A DNA stretch of 64,000 nt, from NCBI GenBank assembly GCA_965226585.1, contig OZ245366.1, positions 704,001 through 768,000 of the forward strand, written 5' to 3'. The DNA is from Thermodesulfobacteriota bacterium. Its GTDB lineage: Bacteria; Desulfobacterota_D; UBA1144; Nemesobacterales; Mycalebacteriaceae. The position numbers and the translations under genes were made by a program. The notes under the pieces were generated by a model. That model ran no database searches and was not told the DNA's origin. It saw nothing but the letters and a program-made list of their open reading frames with translations. The first letter of the stretch is position 1, and each line of letters begins with the position of its first letter. Below are positions 58,919 through 64,000 of this stretch, piece by piece.

Positions 58919-60453
58919 CCGCCTCCTCCCGGAGTCTCTATTCTCAGCGCGTCTCCGCGCCGCGCCTCAAAACTCCGCTTCGCGGGAAGCCGCTTTTCTT
59001 TCCCGCCCCTTGTGAGAAAGTTCCCGCCGCTCTTTCCGTCCTCTCCGCCGCGCACACCCCAGGGGCGGTGTTTTCTCCTCTCCGTAATTATGCAGACAGT
59101 TGCGGGGCTGAGAAAAATATACTCTCTCACTATGCCGTTTCCGCCTCTGAACTTTCCCCTTCCTCCCGACCGTTTTCTGATTGAGTACGAATTTATTTGC
59201 ACGGGCAGTTCCCTTTCAATCGCCTCTATGGGAGTGTTAAGCGTATTTGTCATGTGTGTTTGCACCGCAGACACGCCGTCTGCCCCGCTCCGTCCGCCCA
59301 TTCCGCCGCCAACCGTTTCGTAGAAAACAAAATCGCCCTCTGTGCCGCCGAAGGTTACGTTGTTCATCGTTCCCGAACTTGCCGCCTGTATCTTGTGCGG
59401 AACCGCCTTCACAAGCGCGCCGAACACGGCATCTGCAACTCGCTGGGAGGTTTCCACATTTCCGCCCGCAATCGCGTTTGGATACGCGGCGTTCAGAATG
59501 GAATCTTTATCCGTAACAATTTTCAGCGCCCTCAAAGGTCCCGCGTTCAAAGGCATACCGTCCGGCGCGAGGCACTGAAACACATACAGAACCGCAGAGA
59601 CGGTTACGCTCTCCGGCGCGTTCAAACATCCGCGCACCGGCGGCGAACTGCCTGAAAAATCAACCTTAGCCCTGCCGCCTTTTATCTCAACCTCCACCTT
59701 CAGGGCGATGTCTTGTGTTCCGGCTCCGTCATCGTCCAGAAAATCCGTGAACCCGTATTTGCCGTCCGGGATTTCCCTGATGGTTTCGCGCATCATTTTC
59801 TCGCCGTAATCAATCAGCCGCCCGGAGTTTTCGCGGACTGTTGCGGCTCCGTATTTTTCAACCGTCTGAAGAAGCCGTTTTCTGCCCGTTTCAAGAGCTG
59901 CGATTTGAGCGTTCAGGTCGCCGAATCTTTCTCTGCGGTTTCTCATCGGCGCGGTGATTTTTTCAAGCAGTCGCGTATCCGTTTTTCCCTTCTTCGCTAT
60001 TCGTGTCGGCGGGATTACAACCCCTTCTTCGTCTATTGAGGTGGAAAGCGGCATGGAGCCGGGGGTTTTTCCGCCCACATCGGTATGGTGCGCTCTCACG
60101 GCGATATGGAACTCCGGGCGTTTCCCGACAAACACGGGAAGCACGCAGGTTATGTCGGGCAGGTGTGTGCCGCCCTTGAACGGGTCGTTCAGTATGAATA
60201 TGTCTCCGTCCGCGATTTTCATTTCTTTGAGCACGGCGGCAACCGAGAAAGACATTGAGCCGAGATGGACGGGAATGTGCGCCGCCTGCGCTATCATCTC
60301 TCCGCCTGAGTTGAATATGGCGCACGAATGGTCGCGCCGCTCTTTGATGTTTGGTGAAAAAGACGAGCGCGTAAGACGCTTGCCCATTTCCTCCGCAGTT
60401 CCGGCAAGGATGTTGTTGAAAATTTCCAGTTCGAAACGGTCAAACGGGGGCAT
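58903..60453 (-). CDS. Hydantoinase B / oxoprolinase family protein
   Basis: SPNIKERRDHSCA, HIPVHLGSM, NDPF.GGTHLPD, TPGGGGWG. Confidence 0.92.
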   Translation of the reverse strand: MPPFDRFELEIFNNILAGTAEEMGKRLTRSSFSPNIKERRDHSCAIFNSGGEMIAQAAHIPVHLGSMSFSVAAVLKEMKIADGDIFILNDPFKGGTHLPDITCVLPVFVGKRPEFHIAVRAHHTDVGGKTPGSMPLSTSIDEEGVVIPPTRIAKKGKTDTRLLEKITAPMRNRRERFGDLNAQIAALETGRKRLLQTVEKYGAATVRENSGRLIDYGEKMMRETIREIPDGKYGFTDFLDDDGAGTQDIALKVEVEIKGGRAKVDFSGSSPPVRGCLNAPESVTVSAVLYVFQCLAPDGMPLNAGPLRALKIVTDKDSILNAAYPNAIAGGNVETSQRVADAVFGALVKAVPHKIQAASSGTMNNVTFGGTEGDFVFYETVGGGMGGRSGADGVSAVQTHMTNTLNTPIEAIERELPVQINSYSIRKRSGGRGKFRGGNGIVREYIFLSPATVCIITERRKHRPWGVRGGEDGKSGGNFLTRGGKEKRLPAKRSFEARRGDALRIETPGGGGWGKK

Positions 60454-60522
60454 TTGTTCTATTCTACATAAAAGGCGCGGGCGGTTTTACCGAAAAACCC
60501 GTAAACCGAGTAAAATCAGTTT

Positions 60523-62382
60523 GTGTCTTCCGGTTCCCCTGAAACAAGTCCGCCAGACGGATGGGAAAAAGCGCTTGAGATTTTGCGCGGAACTTTCGGG
60601 TTTCCGGATTTCCGCTCAAGACAGGCGGAGATAATCCAAACCCTTTTGCGCGGAGAAGACGCGATTGTGATTATGCCGACAGGCGGCGGCAAGTCGCTCT
60701 GTTACCAACTTCCCTCACTCGCCCGCCCGGGAACGGGTGTGGTGATTTCCCCGCTTATCGCCCTTATGAAAGATCAGGTTGACGCCCTGCGCCAATACGG
60801 AGTTCGCGCCGCGTTTCTGAACTCAAGCATGACATATTCCGAACGCGGCAAAACCGAAGCCGCCTTGCGGGCGGGAGGGCTGGATTTGCTCTACATGGCT
60901 CCCGAAGGGCTTCTTTCAAGCGGCGGTATTGACCTGCTCAAAGGTGTTGATATCGCGCTGTTTGCCATTGATGAAGCGCACTGCGTTTCGCGCTGGGGGC
61001 ATGATTTCCGACCCGAATATCTTGAACTTTCCGCGCTTGCCCGCCGTTTTCCGGGTGTGCCGCGCATGGCTCTCACGGCAACGGCGGACGAGGCAACTCA
61101 GCGGGAAATTGCCGACCGCCTGATTCTGGGTTCCGCGCAAAAATACATCTCCGGCTACGACCGCCCCAACATTCGCTACATGATAAACGAGGAGCCCGAA
61201 GCGAGGGCGGCTTTGCTTGAGTTTATAAACTCGCGGCACGGCGGCGAAAGCGGAATTGTCTATTGTATGTCTCGCAACGGAGTGGAGAAAACCGCCAAGT
61301 GGTTTTGCTCAAAAGGTCTTACCGCGCTTCCCTATCACGCCGGAATGACAAAAACGGAGAGGGAGAGAAATCACAACCGTTTTCTGCGCGAGGAGGGCGT
61401 TGTTGTTGTCGCGACTGTGGCGTTTGGAATGGGCATTGACAAGCCCGATGTCCGTTTTGTGGCGCATTTGAACTTGCCCAAAACCATTGAGTCTTACTAT
61501 CAGGAAACCGGACGCGCCGGGCGAGACGGTTTGCCCGCGAGCGCGTGGATGAGTTACGGCTTGCAGGATTTGATGATGCTTATTCAGATGGTTGACTCTT
61601 CGGATGCGGATGAGGCGTTCAAGCGTGTGGAGCGTTCCAAAATAAACTCTTTGCTGGGTCTTTGCGAAACCGCCGGATGCAGGAGGCAGGTTGTTCTGGG
61701 GTATCTCGGCGAGAGTTATGAGCATCCGTGCGGAAACTGCGACAATTGTATTTCTCCGCCCGAAACATGGGACGGAACCGTTGCCGCGCAGAAGGCGCTT
61801 GCGTGTGTCTACCGCACTGGCGAGAGGTTCGGGGTGGGTTATCTGACCGATGTGCTGACCGGCAGGGAGACGGAGCGGATACTCCGTTTTCGTCATAACG
61901 AGTTGAAGGTGTACGGTGCGGGGGCGGAGATGGACGCTGTGGGGTGGCGTTCTGTTATAAGGCAGTTGATTGCGGCGGGTTGTCTTGTCCCGAAGACTGA
62001 CGGATACGGCGGTTTGCGTTTGACGGAAAAGGGAAACTCTTTGATGCGCGGCAGGGGCGATATGTTTTTCCGCAAAATGCCTGAGAGGGAGAGGAAGCCG
62101 AAGAGGGAGAGAAGGGCGGCAAAACCGCGCGCGCCGAAGGATGTGAGCGGTGAGAACATGCCGGTTTTTGAAAAACTGCGCGAGTTGCGTTCCGCTCTTG
62201 CGCGAGAACAGAATGTTCCGCCGTATGTGATTTTCAGCAATGCCACTCTTGCCGCGATGGCAAAGGAAAAACCGCAGGATTTGGTGCAGATGGGTTTTAT
62301 CTCAGGCGTGGGAAGGGTGAAACTCAACAAATACGGCGAACGGTTTTTGAAGGCGTTGGAAGAATTTCAAAACAAAGATTGA
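60523..62382 (+). CDS. recQ: DNA helicase RecQ
   Basis: [39 protein letters not shown] and HRDC domains. Confidence 0.97.
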   Translation: MSSGSPETSPPDGWEKALEILRGTFGFPDFRSRQAEIIQTLLRGEDAIVIMPTGGGKSLCYQLPSLARPGTGVVISPLIALMKDQVDALRQYGVRAAFLNSSMTYSERGKTEAALRAGGLDLLYMAPEGLLSSGGIDLLKGVDIALFAIDEAHCVSRWGHDFRPEYLELSALARRFPGVPRMALTATADEATQREIADRLILGSAQKYISGYDRPNIRYMINEEPEARAALLEFINSRHGGESGIVYCMSRNGVEKTAKWFCSKGLTALPYHAGMTKTERERNHNRFLREEGVVVVATVAFGMGIDKPDVRFVAHLNLPKTIESYYQETGRAGRDGLPASAWMSYGLQDLMMLIQMVDSSDADEAFKRVERSKINSLLGLCETAGCRRQVVLGYLGESYEHPCGNCDNCISPPETWDGTVAAQKALACVYRTGERFGVGYLTDVLTGRETERILRFRHNELKVYGAGAEMDAVGWRSVIRQLIAAGCLVPKTDGYGGLRLTEKGNSLMRGRGDMFFRKMPERERKPKRERRAAKPRAPKDVSGENMPVFEKLRELRSALAREQNVPPYVIFSNATLAAMAKEKPQDLVQMGFISGVGRVKLNKYGERFLKALEEFQNKD

Positions 62383-62402
62383 ACGATTGTTTCAAATCCG
62401 CC

Positions 62403-62783
62403 CTACTTCTTCCATCCAAAATTCTGCATACATTCCACAAACACATCATCCTGTTTTTCGCTTGCGCCGCCCATTAAGCCGCTTAAAAACCCAAACACGC
62501 CGCCCACAAGTTCACCGCCGCCAACTCCCGCTTCATCCATAATTTTTTGAAAATCACTTCCCGCTTTCTGTAAATCGCGCTTTTTTCGGGCTATCTCTTT
62601 TTTCTCTTCGGGAGTCAACTCCCTGTTGCCCGCTTTTGCATCACACACGGCAGATGCCACATCCCAGTCTGCGGTTGCCTTGTTGACGTCTCCGGGAGGG
62701 CTCCACGAACTCTGGCTGTAAATCGCGCCGCCGCAACCGGCGAGAAACAAAACACAGACGGACAGAGCCACAATTGAGCGCAT
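62403..62783 (-). CDS. Hypothetical lipoprotein
   Basis: Lipobox LAGC; C-terminal CM...GW; glycine-zipper-like segment. Confidence 0.65.
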   Translation of the reverse strand: MRSIVALSVCVLFLAGCGGAIYSQSSWSPPGDVNKATADWDVASAVCDAKAGNRELTPEEKKEIARKKRDLQKAGSDFQKIMDEAGVGGGELVGGVFGFLSGLMGGASEKQDDVFVECMQNFGWKK

Positions 62784-62807
62784 GATTTTTCCTTCGCGAA
62801 AAGCGGT

Positions 62808-63758
62808 CTAAAACAGTCCCGCTATGGAATCCGTGAGTTGATTTACAAAGTCCTGCTGAATGTCTTCAAACACAATCAGTTTGCCTTTCGCCTTGCCTGT
62901 AACTCTGGTCTGGTAACTCTTCCACTCGCTGGTTTCCGAGTAGCTTTGCGTTTCTTTGCGCGAGAAAATGCTTTTAGACGAACCCTTGTTGTCGCCAAGG
63001 TCTGATGAGTGCCCCAAATCCTGAGAAGATGAAGAACCGGTGGAACCCTTGATGTTCACCTTGCCCTGAGCGCGCTCCCTCAGCTGAATATCAACCACAA
63101 GGGAGAAGTATTTAATCCACTGCTTCGCGGCAAGCCTGCGGGCGCGTTCGCGCTGGTTGAGCGCCTCGCCTATCCCGCCAATCGCGCCGCCCACAAGGCC
63201 TCCGGCAACCGCCTCTCCGGTAATGTCGCCGTCACCAAGCAGGGCTCCGGCTCCGGCTCCGAGCGCGCCGCCCACAAGTATTCCTCTTGCGGTTTTGCTC
63301 AAACTGAACCCGTATTTTGTCTCATCAATTTTGGCAAGTTCCGCGGCGGAAACTTCATCGGCAAACAGCACATTCGCCTGTAAAACATAAGTCGCCTTTT
63401 TTGCGTTCCGTGTCAGTTTGTATCCGAGGTTGCGCAGTTTTTCGGCAACCGCCTTTTGAAGGTCTATCTTCTTGCCCGAAGTGTTGCGGACGCGCACATA
63501 AACAGTCGGGTTGTCCACCTCAGGCGGGTTAAGGAAAATGCTGTCCGCCATACGGATGCGGATGTACTCAACGGACGGCTCTTTCGGTATTCCAATTTCG
63601 GGGGCAACTTTTACGCCCGTTGATGTTTGCTTTCTTGCCGCCTCTTCAGACGGTTTGAATTTTGGAGTTATGCAACCGGAAACAACAAGTGAGACGGTAA
63701 GCGCGATAATCCCCGCTCTTCGGGTTGACAGTTGAAAGAAACTTTTGACATTGAACAT
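62808..63758 (-). CDS. traT: TraT-like outer membrane lipoprotein
   Basis: Lipobox VSGC, M.DSIFL.P, TVYVRVRNTSGK, A.YVLQANVL, glycine zipper, VDIQ.RER, YQTRV, SIAGLF. Confidence 0.82.
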   Translation of the reverse strand: MFNVKSFFQLSTRRAGIIALTVSLVVSGCITPKFKPSEEAARKQTSTGVKVAPEIGIPKEPSVEYIRIRMADSIFLNPPEVDNPTVYVRVRNTSGKKIDLQKAVAEKLRNLGYKLTRNAKKATYVLQANVLFADEVSAAELAKIDETKYGFSLSKTARGILVGGALGAGAGALLGDGDITGEAVAGGLVGGAIGGIGEALNQRERARRLAAKQWIKYFSLVVDIQLRERAQGKVNIKGSTGSSSSQDLGHSSDLGDNKGSSKSIFSRKETQSYSETSEWKSYQTRVTGKAKGKLIVFEDIQQDFVNQLTDSIAGLF

Positions 63759-63844
63759 TTAAGAACCCCCTTTCCAGATAATTGCCCTGACTCAAAACTA
63801 ACAAGCGAGCAAGCGGTTTTCAAGGTGTAGTGTCTTACCCCACA

Positions 63845-63874
63845 AAAAAACGCCGTGTGAAAACGGCGTTTTTT
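63845..63874. terminator. Intrinsic (possibly bidirectional) terminator downstream of glnA
   Basis: AAAAAACGCCGT-GTGAAA-ACGGCGTTTTTT perfect hairpin with A/T tails. Confidence 0.85.
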
Positions 63875-63896
63875 GCAATCAGTCCGATACTGTTAA

Positions 63897-64000
63897 TCAA
63901 ACATCAAAGTAGAGCGTGAACTCATGGGGAACGGGTCTCAGCCGTATGGGGTTGACCTCATTCTCCATTTTGTATGACACCCAAGTATCCAGCAGGTCTT
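63897..64000 (-). CDS. glnA: Glutamine synthetase type I, C-terminal fragment (truncated by window edge)
   Basis: Manual translation [33 protein letters not shown]. Confidence 0.85.
   Translation of the reverse strand, partial: DLLDTWVSYKMENEVNPIRLRPVPHEFTLYFDV

Overview
Gene-dense bacterial chromosome segment with many overlapping genes. Housekeeping genes (tpiA, secG, nth, pckA, fumC, trxA, hisS, nuoG/H, pyrF, dprA, recQ, glnA) alternate with lower-GC accessory patches. The gene mix and the TPR, ankyrin-remnant and variable outer-membrane proteins suggest a streamlined, possibly host-associated organism such as a Dadabacteria-like lineage; this is inference and not verified. Main points of interest: (1) a CBASS anti-phage locus (2TM-beta effector, CD-NTase, E2-like/SEC-C protein) apparently headed by an AAA-ATPase/wHTH gene whose sigma70 promoter is overlapped by an inverted-repeat operator; (2) a His-rich DUF318-type metal permease fused to an HflK-like SPFH domain, followed by HflC- and HflK-like genes; (3) a Stf3-like sulfotransferase co-oriented with a GPP34/GOLPH3-cytochrome P450 fusion; (4) a stand-alone 23S rRNA gene with its own promoter, boxA and processing stem but no adjacent 16S, tRNA or 5S; (5) opposite local GC skew on the two flanks of the defence island. 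Also present: a type II R-M pair, two toxin-antitoxin pairs, tandem variable outer-membrane barrels, a chromosomal TraT-like gene, and small ORFs missed by the ORF track. No CRISPR array, tRNA, integrase or transposase was seen. All family assignments come from motif recognition by eye, not database searches.
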